Shown: positions 11,470 to 23,578 of the stretch, piece by piece
How positions within the stretch are numbered: position 1 is the first letter of the stretch
Layout of the letters: each line of letters begins with the position of its first letter
NCBI GenBank assembly: GCA_965655095.1
Contig: OZ296649.1
Coordinates: forward strand, 52,452,001 to 52,516,000
DNA: 64,000 nt
Origin: Haplodiscus bocki
Taxonomy: Eukaryota
Reading direction: 5' to 3'
The notes under the pieces: generated by a model
Database searches by the model: none
What the model was told of the DNA's origin: nothing
The model's input: only the letters and a program-made list of their open reading frames with translations
Made by a program: the position numbers and the translations under genes

Positions 11470-13260
11470 ATACTATTAAAATGACTTCGTGGATATGCCA
11501 CTGGGGTATTAGCCCCGCGTTCAAATTCTTGGGTTAGCACGAGAGTTTTCGCAGATACAAACAAAAGTCCAGGTGCATGGATTCTGCTCATTCCAATTTC
11601 ACTCAAAATAGCTCCACATGTACTGAATCAGTCTGTTCTCCAAGTATTTCTCGTTAAAAAAGTCAATTTGTTGTTCTATGACATTCACTCTGAACCCTGT
11701 TCTGTACCAGAAATTTAGCCTCTGCACTTCATCCCGGATGTCGGGGAGTAGAACTCTTCCCCTGCGATCAGTTCCAAAAAATTGGAGTTCCTCTGAAAAG
11801 TCAACATCGTATTTTCCAGTCGCTAAGGAGCTCAACATCAATAGATCTTTCAAAACCTTGAAATTGACTGGTGGTAAAAATTTATTGGCTTATTTCAATG
11901 CCTCCTTGTAGTTACTACTTCTACAGATCCATTTTACTACTTTTTCGTGGAACTTTTCAACGTTGTGAAATTCGGATCGTCGTAGTTCCCAGCATTCGGA
12001 TGAAAAGAAGAGAATGGGGGATATTACTGCTGGGTAAATGTGGATCTTTGACTCCAAGGTCAATAAGGATGAAGTACTTCACCGCAGAAAAAAAAGCTTT
12101 CATGGATTTCTTGATTCTGTAGTTTAGATGATCACTCCAATTTAGATACTCACTAATGACTAGTCCGACATTTTTACAGGGGTTTTCGCTTTGATATCGG
12201 CGTTTCCTAGCATGAAAACAGCTGGGACCGGAGGCTCATCGCGTTTTCCGACTTTAAACTCAGTCAGAGAGCATTTATAATAATTGAACAGCAGATGGTT
12301 TTGTATACTCCAACAGTGCAAGTTATCCAAATCACTTTGTAATTTCGTCAAAGTTTTGTCGTTTCCTTGGAAAATGACTTTGAGATCATCACCAAGAAGT
12401 AATGCAACTGAGGAGTATATAATGCTGGGCAGGTCATTTATGTAAACCAAAAAGAGTAAAGGGCCAAGAACTGATCCCTGCGGTACTCCTGATGTTATCG
12501 TCAGACTTTCGGATTTCATTTCGTTTACCACTACTTTTTGGACTTTTCCACTCATATAGTACTTCCCAAGTTCAACTAATCCTTTCGAGGTATCTAGCTG
12601 CAGAATTTTGGCGAGTAATTGACTATGTTTGATTTTGTCGGAAGCTTTGGGTTTTTTCCGTTTGTATAATTTAGTCAGGTCTGTACGATTTCGCCAGACA
12701 GTAGAGAGCAATTGGGCATCGAGACACGAAGATGGATGCGTTTGTCGCAGTTCCTCCAAGATTTGGGCGTCCTTTCTCTTGCGATGTGACATGAGGTGTG
12801 CCTATACCTTCAGCACAGGGATCTTCCTTGTGAGTAGGTCTCGGAAAATATCGGGTGTCCCTTCCCGACGGGTGTAGATTACCAATTCAGTGCGATTTCT
12901 GTGCTGTCTCAGTATCCTCAAGCAGTTCCTTGACGCTAGTTGTTCTCAAGTTGTCGCTGCGATGTTTCGATATTCTATTGTTTACGACGTCGTGTCAAAT
13001 CATAATTTCGAATGTCCTCGCTAGTATTCCTCTACCAGACAATAGACTTTGGAGAATCTTCACATGGTTCTTGGCGTTCTCGTTGAAGCTTAGTCCGCCA
13101 ATACTGTAGCTTCTTCCAACAAGGGGTCGTCTTTGATGATAGGGGATGCACTTGATAGTATGTTCCAGAGAGCTCGCTCCAATGATATAGACCATAGATG
13201 CCGGCCTCTAAAAACCCTAACCCAAGCGCTTGGGTTCTGCGGTCAGTTATCCGGTCTTTC
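11470..13260 (-). mobile_element. Decayed CR1/L2-group LINE with an internal deletion (esterase-like ORF1 joined to the RT C-half)
   Basis: RT motifs KASDKIKH, SGVPQGSVLGPLLFLVYINDLP and degenerate LLGDD; Cys-rich C-terminus NPCTWTFVCICENSR at 11539-11583; upstream VYIIGASSL...SIGGLSFN...HDVVNN resembles SGNH/GDSL blocks I-III. Confidence 0.8.
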
Positions 13261-16200
13261 AAAACACTTTCTGAAACTATTTAATAAGTAACTATTTTCT
13301 GTAACCATTTAATTAGCAAAGGATAAATAAGAATTAATTGTTAAAGTATTTTATACGAAAATCACCTTCAACCTACAGATTTAAACGATGCTAAGCTATT
13401 TTTTTAGTAAACTGGATACCATGCGCCATTTTATTAGTTTTCGTTTTTTTGTACAATGGGTAAGACTGACGAATTGTTTTTTTGCACTAATTAAAAGAGT
13501 TGTCTGACCAAATACCCGTAACTAATACATGAAAACATATAAAAGTGCAAAACACGAAACTATTGTCTTGAGCATTATAGGCGGCACGGACATCGAAGTT
13601 CCGAGCACTATAGTGACTTCGTTTTTTTTTCAAGAAACTTGTCCTTGACATCAAATACACATATTTTTGCGTTTCTATAACAGCTAAGAGGAGTTACAAC
13701 ATAATGGTCGACTTTTGAGGGACTGCAAGTGGTCGACAATGAAACTGAGTTGTTTGCAGAGGATCAAAATTGTACCGATTCAATTAAAATTTCGCCACTC
13801 AATCAAAACCACCGTTCCACGACAATCTTCCCACAAAGCATTTTTGGAGTTAACTTACGCCTCCAACCAAATCCCAAGTTTGAAAAACAAGTCCGTGGTG
13901 GGGCTCGAATATCGAAGCACATGAATCAAAAACCAACTGTTAGGTTAACAAAAAATACAGGCGACCAGAAATGTATTCTGCAGTGCTACGCTTTCGGAAA
14001 AGAAACACTATAATAGCTTTTATCATTAAAATGCTCATTGAAATATTATCATTGTCACTGAAATCCTCCAATTCGTAGCTCCGCGGAAAGTCCGCAAAAT
14101 GTACTTTTTGTGTTTCCTTTGCTGTATTAGTTGCTAAAGATACGCCTTCTAATGCCAATTAAAAAAAATCCATTAAAAAATCGCTAAATTAGCAATTTTT
14201 GGGCCAACTCTGAAGCAACATTTGATACAAAACTTTGAAAACTACTTCAAATTTTTCAAAAGTTTACATTTTGTTTCGGATTAAGCTAGAAGGATAGGCG
14301 CAAAGATGATTCTCAAGATAAAAGAGCAAAAATTGTGGAGATTGCCAAATTGGCCTTTTTTGATGTCTCGAAAACAGTAGAAGCTTTCTCTCGCAAAAAA
14401 ATATTTTTCCAAAGAAATTTGAAGAATAATTCTTTCGTATCTGTTTTTACTTCGCTGGTAGCTCAAAGGCGGCATTAAGGATTAACAGGAAAAGATTTGC
14501 GAAAGTTGAAAAAAGCTGTTTCTACTTCATAACACTGCGAAAACCTCTATAACAGAAATTTTTTGCTATAAAATCAGCGTTTTTGAACCATGTTGGTTGA
14601 AAGTAGTAGCTAAAAAATCGAAGAAAACTGAATAACAAAAATTCTGGAAAACACAAAATTAGCCAATTTTGGTAACAAGAACACCATTTTCAGTCGGTAC
14701 TATTTAGAAGTGCCCTACTGTTACTGGCTTTTTAAAGACCTCTGAAATCGAGGAAATTCTACACTCTCAACGCGAAGTGTTTAGTAGTCCAGAAGGCCCC
14801 GGTGCACGGGAGAGTAGGACAAAAAGGTCCTCAAGCCATAGATACACATTCGAGATAAGGTTTTCCCAGAAATTTTTCGGGATTGCGTCTGATGTTCCAT
14901 TGAGTGTCTTCTGATTTTTAAAATGATTCTACTACCCAGCCACTTTCCTGCTAACCCGGAGTTTGTCTAGAGGGTAAGAAATAAAGGTTTCTGAGCCGTA
15001 GATAGGGGTTCGAGACTTGGTAAGTCCAATTTTTCTGTTCCGCAAAAATGTCTAGTTTCGAGTATTTTCCGTAATTCTAAGGTTCTGCCACCCCCTGATT
15101 ATCCAGCTGCTCTGGCCCATTGGTCTAGAGAGTAAGAGAAAAAATGCGCCAAAGAAATGGGCTCGAGACTACGGAAGTCCATTTTCTTAACAAAACGCCA
15201 ATTTTCAGTTCTTTAACGTCCACCCCAAATACTTATGACACACATGGATCGTCCGACTTTAAGATATCGAAAAAGAAATCCGCATGCATAATTTGAAGTG
15301 GGCAGGCGTGGCCGATTACGGCGACTCCAGGCTTGTTGGACTTTCAGGCAGGTAAACTACTGCTTTGGACACGCAAATTATATCACTTTTCCTTTAAACA
15401 GGCCGGATGCGTAGTCATATAATTGTTGTGAAAAACAAAACAAGCTAACTTTTTGGAAAAAGCGCGAAATTAATTCGTTCATTAATCACAGCAGAACGTC
15501 AAATTTTATTATGTTTGGCGAGCTCAATCGTTTTCGCTGTGTTCGTGGTTTTGTGTCGTACCAGTTTAGACTTTTGTTACTGAAGGGGAAAGTTCGACAA
15601 ATCGGAAATGGTCGAATTTCTCTTTTGGCCTGAATTGAAAGAGACACAATTTTTCAAACATAACTCTTTGAATTCTTCAAAGTTCAACATTCCGTATCGA
15701 TTTATGCTGAATTGATGACTACAATCATATTTCATCAGATAAAACAGCGAAATTGTGGAAAATTGGGAACAAAATATTCAGCGAAAGCTTTTCGATCATT
15801 TCAGATCATCATCAGTGCATCATTTAGCATATCTGTAATAATATTTGTACGTAAAATGGTAAAGTTCTTAAATAAAAGATCTTTGAACAACAGGTATACT
15901 GCTAGAAGTATATGAATCTCATGGCTGGGGGGTTCTTCGTGTTACAAGACATCGAATAAGGACAGGCTTCGAAAATCGTCTTTCTTATTCAGTAACGGTT
16001 TTTGTCGAATGTATGGAGCTTCCAGTGTTATTAACTTCTAGTTTATCGCGCCATCTAAATTTTCAATATCTTTGAAACGACAGAGTCACATTCGCTGAAA
16101 TGTATGTAGACTGGGGTTTCTTTCGCAGTGTGTTCCTTTGCTCATATTGAATTTTGTCTGAATGCTTATCCGGAAGAGGTGCTATGACATTCAGGACAGG

Positions 16201-17011
16201 CAATTTTACACACTTCGCGAGACTTCAGGGCAAGCGGAATTGCACTTTTCGGGCTTGAGAATACAGAATACATTTGTCAGATTGTTCGTTGTGAACAATT
16301 ATTGATGGAAGCCAGTATTTTCTTCAGTTTGAAAACAAAATCTTACAAATACTACCCCCGGCATTCTGACGATAGCCAAGGCTTTAGTGTAGGATTGATC
16401 TTCGAGATCTCACCCTTGTCCTTCCTTTTTTTGTTAGAAAAAATCTATAGGAGGGTACTGTTTAGAAATTTTGGGAAGAAGTGTTCAGGATTTCGGTTGA
16501 TAATAATCTCATCTGCTTCTGCTCAACTCTTGCTAAAGCATTCCCCTTTTGAACAGGCGTTTAGAATCCGGTGCACGAAGCCAGAAATGATTCCAGTCAA
16601 ACAAATCTTGCAGACAACAGCGCTCAACTTCAGAATAACTCCAGTTTAGTTTCCGCGTTTTTCCCCCACGATGTTGATACATTTACAGTGTTCTTGTTTT
16701 TCATGGAAACGTCAAGAAAAGCTGGTCCGTCTACCTTGGCTCTCCGAGAAAAACTTCAGACTGCTACAACAAGTGTGAACAAATTCCAAGAGGATTTGTT
16801 TTCTATCAGTTTTCAGTGACCAGATGGCATCATCTAAATTGCAAAAAAGTATCTGCGAGCTGAAACCCCGTTCGTCATTTTACTGGGCCAGGAAAATGCT
16901 AGCCAGCAGAGGAGCTACCGGGGATCCCATCGCGTCTCCGTCTGTCGGTCAATAACTTTCTCCAATCATGTCAGTGGAATGGACATCTAGGGAAAGCATC
17001 TTAAACCACCT

Positions 17012-18330
17012 TTTCCGAAGACATCAGAACCGAAGAATTTCGGAGACTATAGACCGGTCTCCATCACCTCGATAGTTCCAAGAATCTTCGAAAAAATTGT
17101 CATGAAACGGTTTGTGTCCCCCCAATATAATACTTGGCTACCATCGAACCAACATGGATTCAGAAATGGTGCTTCAACGACCACAGCCATACTAGAACTT
17201 CAAAATCACGTAGCCAGTTCCGAAGAAAAACATTTTGATTACATGCGAATTTTATCTGTGGACCTGAGTAAAGCGTTTGACAGGGTACAGCACAATTTAA
17301 TAGTTGAGAAACTCAGTAAAGTTGATCCACCTATCAACAACTATATAATTAACTGGATATCGAATTTCCTCACTGATCGACAGATTTACACTCAATTCGA
17401 AACCCAAACGTCAGACCTGCGTCTGATAAATCAAGGAGTACCACAAGGGACAGTCCTTGGACCCCCACTTTTTAATACGAGCACATTTGATATGAACCTA
17501 AACACGATTCCTAACGCTGAGATAACAAAGTTTGCTGATGACAGTAACTGTACAATATCATGCACAACTGACAATGACAACACTCTCGTTGCCCTGGATT
17601 CCTTAAAAAGATGGTGCGGCGAGAATAGATTCACTTTAAACGAATCAAAAACAAAAGTCTTAACAGTGAACTTCAAACGAAGAGAATCCAGCCTGTTAAA
17701 ACATGAAGAAATAGCAAAAGTTGACGAAATGAAAGTTTTAGGATTCATACTAGATAACAAATTGAGTTTTAAATCACATGTTCTACAATCCTGTAAGAAG
17801 GCATCGAGCATCTGCTATCTACTCGTTAGGCTGAAAAACTTAGGTTTCACTCCTGAAGTTCTAGCTCTACTTTACAAGTCCCTGGTATTGAGCATCCTCA
17901 CCTATGGCTCACCAGTCTGGGGAGGCGCTCCGATTAGCACTCTTCAGAACATCGACAAAGTCCAGAAGCGGGCTATGAACTTAGGAATTATCAAAAGATT
18001 TACACCAATTAAACGCCTCATTGAAGAGAACGACATGCAACTTCTGCAGAAGATGAAATCACCGGACCACATTCTACATCACCTCCTCCCAACAAGATCT
18101 GAATATGCAGACGGAAGACTGCGAACTCGCGAAACATCAAGCAACTTTAAACTTGAAAAAAACATGAAATTGTTTCCGCATAGAGCCTTGAGAAAACTTT
18201 CCTTTAAATGAACGCTACCACTACCAAACCTGATTGATTGTTCCTTTTTGTTGTTTGTATTTAAATCATAGTATTTCTGATGTGTTTCAGAAATAATTAA
18301 TTCTTTCTTTCTTTCTTTCTTTCTTTCTTT
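17012..18330 (+). mobile_element. 5'-truncated young L2/CR1-group LINE with a (TTTC)n tail
   Basis: Open frame from ..PKTSEPKNFGDYRPVSITS through the RT to the stop at 18211; short 3'UTR; (TTTC)n at 18300-18330. Confidence 0.92.
17102..18211 (+). CDS. LINE ORF2 fragment: reverse transcriptase domain, frame intact
   Basis: QHGFR, VDLSKAFDRV, QGVPQGTVLGPPLF, KFADD, LGFILDNKLSF, YGSPVW motifs; endonuclease lost to 5' truncation. Confidence 0.85.
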   Translation: MKRFVSPQYNTWLPSNQHGFRNGASTTTAILELQNHVASSEEKHFDYMRILSVDLSKAFDRVQHNLIVEKLSKVDPPINNYIINWISNFLTDRQIYTQFETQTSDLRLINQGVPQGTVLGPPLFNTSTFDMNLNTIPNAEITKFADDSNCTISCTTDNDNTLVALDSLKRWCGENRFTLNESKTKVLTVNFKRRESSLLKHEEIAKVDEMKVLGFILDNKLSFKSHVLQSCKKASSICYLLVRLKNLGFTPEVLALLYKSLVLSILTYGSPVWGGAPISTLQNIDKVQKRAMNLGIIKRFTPIKRLIEENDMQLLQKMKSPDHILHHLLPTRSEYADGRLRTRETSSNFKLEKNMKLFPHRALRKLSFK

Positions 18331-20507
18331 TGCAGTTATTTCCTAGCAGTGGAGTTGGTTCCACACAACACACTTTTTTCTGTAGCTCATGATATTGTAA
18401 TTGCCACAAGCACGTTGGTAAACTAGTTAGCCACTTCCAGATTGATGAAGTTCTCAAGGTCGTCAGGATTTAGGTCTTCCAGTTTTTCTTGGACCTTCCT
18501 AACATAAGCAATTATGTAAGTCCCAGGTAAATTTCTCAGATAAGTTCCCAACTCCGCCGCTAAAATATCGTATATCGATCCCGCCGAGGCCGCTATTGCC
18601 CGTAGCTAAGTGATTTTTGTGTACTTTAGCAAGACCATAAAATCTCACCGGTCTTCCCTCGCTGTAAGTTTCTGCCGAGAGCAAAATCTATTTTTTTTCT
18701 GAGATTTCTTCTCTGTTTTTTTCCTCCTTCAAAAGTAAAATAATTTCTTCCTTCTTGATTGGGAGAGCGCTACAACATCGTTGCATTTATAAAAGTACGT
18801 TTCTCTTTATCAGATAAAATTCTACCTTTGTGATAGAGAACTACTGAAATACTTTTGTCTTCGAACCATTTTTGTCTTTGACATTTCCGTTGTTTTATCT
18901 CAATTCACTCTTTTTGCCGGTGTATCCTACCGTCAGGGAATTATTCTGATTGGACAGATCTGATTTGCAATCAGACAAAAAGATATCGATGTTACAGCAT
19001 CTAGCCAAGTAGCCAAGCAACGGGGGAAAACGCAAACTGCCGTGTTCGTGAACTAAAGAACGTAAAAAAAATTGGTACACTTAAGAACGCAAAAACATTC
19101 CGTAGGCAACGTAAAGCAGATTTAACCTCCCTACGATTCATTTATACTGAAAACAGATGTAACGTAACTAGAGGGGAAGGGTACCAAAGAAGCGAATCAG
19201 GGATCAACATTTTTTTGAAAGTTCTGATCAGTAGTATGGATCGTTTCCAGAAAGCAATCTGTTTAAAAATAAAAAAAACTTCAACATTATCAACGGAAAT
19301 TTAAATTCAAGAGCCAAATTTTAAAGTTGTATTCAAGAAAAAACGTCCGTTTCTTGTAAATAAAACATTAACATTCTTCTTTCGAGGAACTGCGAAAAGA
19401 TTTTCACTTCTAAAACAACCGATTCAATCGAATTTGAGCTCAGCAAGGCATCCTGGAAATTATCCCAATCCTAGACGTCCTAAGTTGCGATAAGGCTCGC
19501 TTCTGGCAAAGACAATATAGTTAGTCTACATGAAAGAATCTTCATAAAAATCTGCGAAGCAAAGACGTGTGAGTTTATATCTGACACAGTGTTAGCCGAA
19601 TAAGTCGATTTGGAAGCAAAACTAACAAAAAGCCGAAAAAAAATTGCTTTGAAAGTTTAAGCTGTCTGTATATTGACACTGGAGCACTAGTTGGCGCACT
19701 TTCGATGAAGATTTTGAAATTCTGAGAATATTAACTTCTGCAATTCAACTTAAATGGATTCATAAGCACAGAGTGGATTTGAAAGGAAAAAAATAACCAT
19801 GCAAAACTAGCACAACTTTGCAGAAAACGGCATTTTTCTAGAAAATGATTCAACAGTTGCAAAAACATGACCCCTATAGTCTTGCCTTTGTTTTCTCATG
19901 TTCAAATTTTTGTTGAACATTAGTAGGGACCGGGGTACTGAAGCAAAGGTTCAAGGCGGAACAACAACAGGGAGCCCGTGATGAAATGTGAGTAATAAAA
20001 AAAACGTGACTGCACTGCAAACCAGAGCCTTTTTACAGTGGCACTAACTGTACTATATTTCGAAAAAAAGAATCTTTAACATTAGCAAGTGGGGGATTAA
20101 GTATTCGCATTGAAAATGTGAAAGCGATGACTAATTAAAAACAAATGAAAAAATCACCGTTGAAAGCTCATCCGGGTAAATTCAGACTGCCTCCCCCCCC
20201 CCCTCAAAATTAAAAAAATTGATGCTTCTCCATATTTTGTCTTCAAACCATATGACACCCCTTCCACAAAGTATGGAAAGGGGCCAGAGCAAAACTTTGT
20301 CACGTCCGGTTTTAGCCCATCGCCTGTGGCTATTTATCCTGGCTTTTGCCGCCAACCGTCAGTTTAAGCCTAGAGACAAAAGGAACTGCACTTCTTGTGC
20401 ATGTAAAAACTGAAGGATTGAGGTTGTTTTCTTCCAAATCTCGAAACATTTATTAGTCAGGTTTTTCAGATATGCATGACTTTTTATATTATTCTGGTGT
20501 CTTGAGC

Positions 20508-23052
20508 TTTGAGTGGCTTTACCCAACAAATAGCAAAGCCAACCCGTGTTACACCGGTATCGAAAACTCTTCTAGATCATGTGTTTCAGAATATTATTTT
20601 GCAAAATACATATGATGTAATGAATCTATCTATAACAGATCTTTATGCAACGAAAGTGATAATACCATACTGTCAAAAAAAGCAGAAAGTGATAACTCAA
20701 GTAAAATTGATTAAATTTTACACCGCCGAAGATTAAAGAGTGCTTTATCTGCGTAGTCTTCATGAAAGATTGTTACACACCCCAATTGCTTCAGACGTGA
20801 ACGATGAGTTTTGTCTTTTGACTCAAGCGATGAACGAAACCACCGTCAATTTTACTGTTGACAAGCAATTCGTCCAAAAAGAAAACAATATACCTTGGTC
20901 TAGCAAAAAGATTTAAAAATCAAATTCTACTTCGTGATAAATATCTGAAGCAATATTTTGCGAACCTAACATCGGCAAACAAACTGAGGTATACTGCCTC
21001 GAGAAATTATACAGATCGCTTGATAAAAAGTGAGAAAAATAATTTCTACAACAGAAAAATCGAGAGTAAAATCAAACTACCCAGGCGGTTTTACAGGGAA
21101 ATAAATAATTTATCTGGAAGGAACGTAACCAGGGATGAAGTTCGCATCATTGAACCGGAACACAATGTAGTCTTTCGGGAATATATTCTGGCAGACTTTT
21201 TTACTCAAAGATTTGCTTCACAGAGTGAACATGTCTCCAGATCCATATCTGCAATGTCGGTTGAAGAATTGCAATCGGAGCCCTACTTCGAATAGCATGT
21301 ATTAATACCCAACATCATTAGACGAAATCCATCCTTCAATTGCCGATCTCAAAAATGGCAAAGCATCCGGCATCGATGAACTTTCTGCTGAGGTTTTGAA
21401 GACACCTGCTCTGGTTATAGTCCCTTATCTACAAAAGTTAATAAATCAAACGTTTAGTCAAGGCAAGTTTCCAGACTGTCTGAAAATTTCCAAAGTAATT
21501 CCACTATTTGAATCTGGAAGTAAAACTGACGTTGATAATTATAGATCAATTTCTTTACTACCAGTTTTGGGTAAAGTACCTGAAAAAATCATGTACAATC
21601 GTCTAATCAAATTCCTTGACAAAAATGAAATACTTTATCAGAAGCACTTTGGATTGATATCTAAGCATTCAACTGTAGATGCGCTACTAGAGATCACTGA
21701 GAACATACGATCAGGCGCTGATGAAGATTTTACCAGTAATATGCTAGATTTCCGAAAAGATTTTGATACCATTAATCATTACAGATTATTGGAAAATTTC
21801 TGTCACAATGCGGGGTCTGGAGAATTGTGAATAAATAGTTTCAATCAAACTTAAGAAACAGGAAACAGGCTGTATTTGTAAACAATAAATAGTCAAATTT
21901 CTAGCCTATCAATCGTAGTCTTCCACAGGGCTCGATACTAGGGCATTTATTCTTTTTTATTTACCTAAATGACTTTCCTAAATGTTGCCCAAATGTGACC
22001 ACGTATCTTTTCGCTGATGACTCAAACTTGATACACTCTGAAAAGAAAACATTGACCTCGTGTCTCGACAAAGAACTAACGAATGTTCCTTCGCGGACGA
22101 GTTTAAATAAGCTAGTTCTCGACATTCCAGAAACACAACTGCTGCAATTCAACCATACACCTAATGTTCAGTTTATGGGTGTAAATTTAGTAAATGACGA
22201 AAGTGCAAAATATTTCGGGATTCATATTGATACTAAACTCTCGTTTCACTCCCATATCAAACACGTAGTGAAAAAAATTTCGAAGCAATTGTCCGTCATG
22301 GCTCGACTGAGACATTACGTACCCAGGGGGAATTTATTGTAGTGTTACCAAGCATTTATCGAACCAATCATCACATATATTTGTTGGGTTATGGTTGTAC
22401 GTCAAGATAGCAATTGAATCACAAGTACATCATTCAAAAAAAAGTACTCAGATTAATTCACTTTAAGCCGCAATTTCACCCTAGTCGAGAACTGAACTGT
22501 TCTTTCAGAGTGGGTTTCTGAATGTGTTGGAGTTGTACGCTATGGAGCTTCTTGAATTCTGTGTCAAATCAGTGCGCGGAGAAAATTGCTCCTGTTTTCT
22601 TAGCAGCTTCTATAAGACACGCTTTAATGTTCATGAAACGAAGAGTGTAGGTAGCGTTGCCTTTTACCATCTTCGCAGTTCGAACATGCCAGAAGAGCAG
22701 TCTATAAAAAACCGCGGTTCAAAAGTATTAGATAAATTTATCGCAAATTTCTACTCTACCAAAAACATACTTCAATGGTCAGAAAACCAACTAATGCATA
22801 AGCTAGGAGAAGCAAAAAACAGCAGCTGCCCTGAGACACTAGCTGAACTCATAATTCGAAGTCTCAGAAACTGAACTAACAAATGCTTGTACATAGCTTT
22901 GGAGATTTCGGGTCCTCTCTCGAAAAAGTTTAGATTTTATAGAGGGTCCTCTACATGTGGATAAGCAGGAGATTTCTCCTTTCAAGTGTATTTGTCATTT
23001 AGGATGCGCAAGTGGAAAATAAAGTCTTTCTTTCTTTCTTTCTTTCTTTCTT
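20508..23052 (+). mobile_element. 5'-truncated decayed L2/CR1-group LINE (end of AP endonuclease, RT, (TTTC)n tail)
   Basis: PTRVTPVSKTLLDHVF (EN end), DNYRSISLLPVLGK, DFRKDFDTINH, PQGSILG, YLFADDS, KYFGIHIDTKLSF; many stops and frameshifts; AATAAA then (TTTC)n at ~23017-23052. Confidence 0.9.
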
Positions 23053-23501
23053 CTGGACAAGGTTTTGCGATTGGACTGAAGACCTTGCAGCCCTTTTTTC
23101 CACGAAGCGGGAAATGGGTAACAGCGAAAGTGTCTCCATAGGAACAATGCGAACGTAGGTTCATTGACCCTAGTTGGACCTCAGCGCAGACCGTCGCAAA
23201 ATCCTAAATTGGTAGGGCTGAAGCTGTATCGCTTCATGGTAAAGAAAGCAAGCCAGCTTGATTTTCTGAACAGAAATTGTCCAGACAATGTATCCTTGAG
23301 TTTCGTTTAGCTGGTTTCCTAGGGAGCTGATTTTCACGTTTGATTTTCTTTTTTCTTTTTCTGATCCGGTGTACTTTATGATACATCTCTGTTTCGGCAG
23401 CAACGACGTCGCCATCATCTAAATGCGATGTTACCAGCTTTGACTAGTCTAAGTCACTGCTCCTATCAATCGGCGACAGAAAGCTCAAGCCACTTTTTTT
23501 C

Positions 23502-23512
23502 AGAGAGAGAGA

Positions 23513-23570
<58 letters not shown>

Positions 23571-23578
23571 GCGAGAGA
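23502..23578. repeat. (GA)n microsatellite
   Basis: Direct read; about 38 units with three interruptions. Confidence 0.95.

Larger units (their letters stand above)
15940..18900 (-). mobile_element. Decayed Penelope-like element (RT plus GIY-YIG), interrupted by a LINE at 17012-18330
   Basis: Collinear fragments across stops and frameshifts: GRPVRFYGLAKVHK (~18620), FTNVLVAITI (~18400), DGDAMGSPVAPLLASIF (~16920), SGFVHRILNACS (~16560), GIY-YIG-like LKSR..KIACPEC...KEH...VYIHFSEC (~16100-16230), TLEAPYIRQKPLLNKKDDFRS (~15970-16030). Confidence 0.8.

Noticed and set aside
17431-17811. 126-aa minus-strand ORF
   Set aside because: Antisense shadow of the LINE RT.
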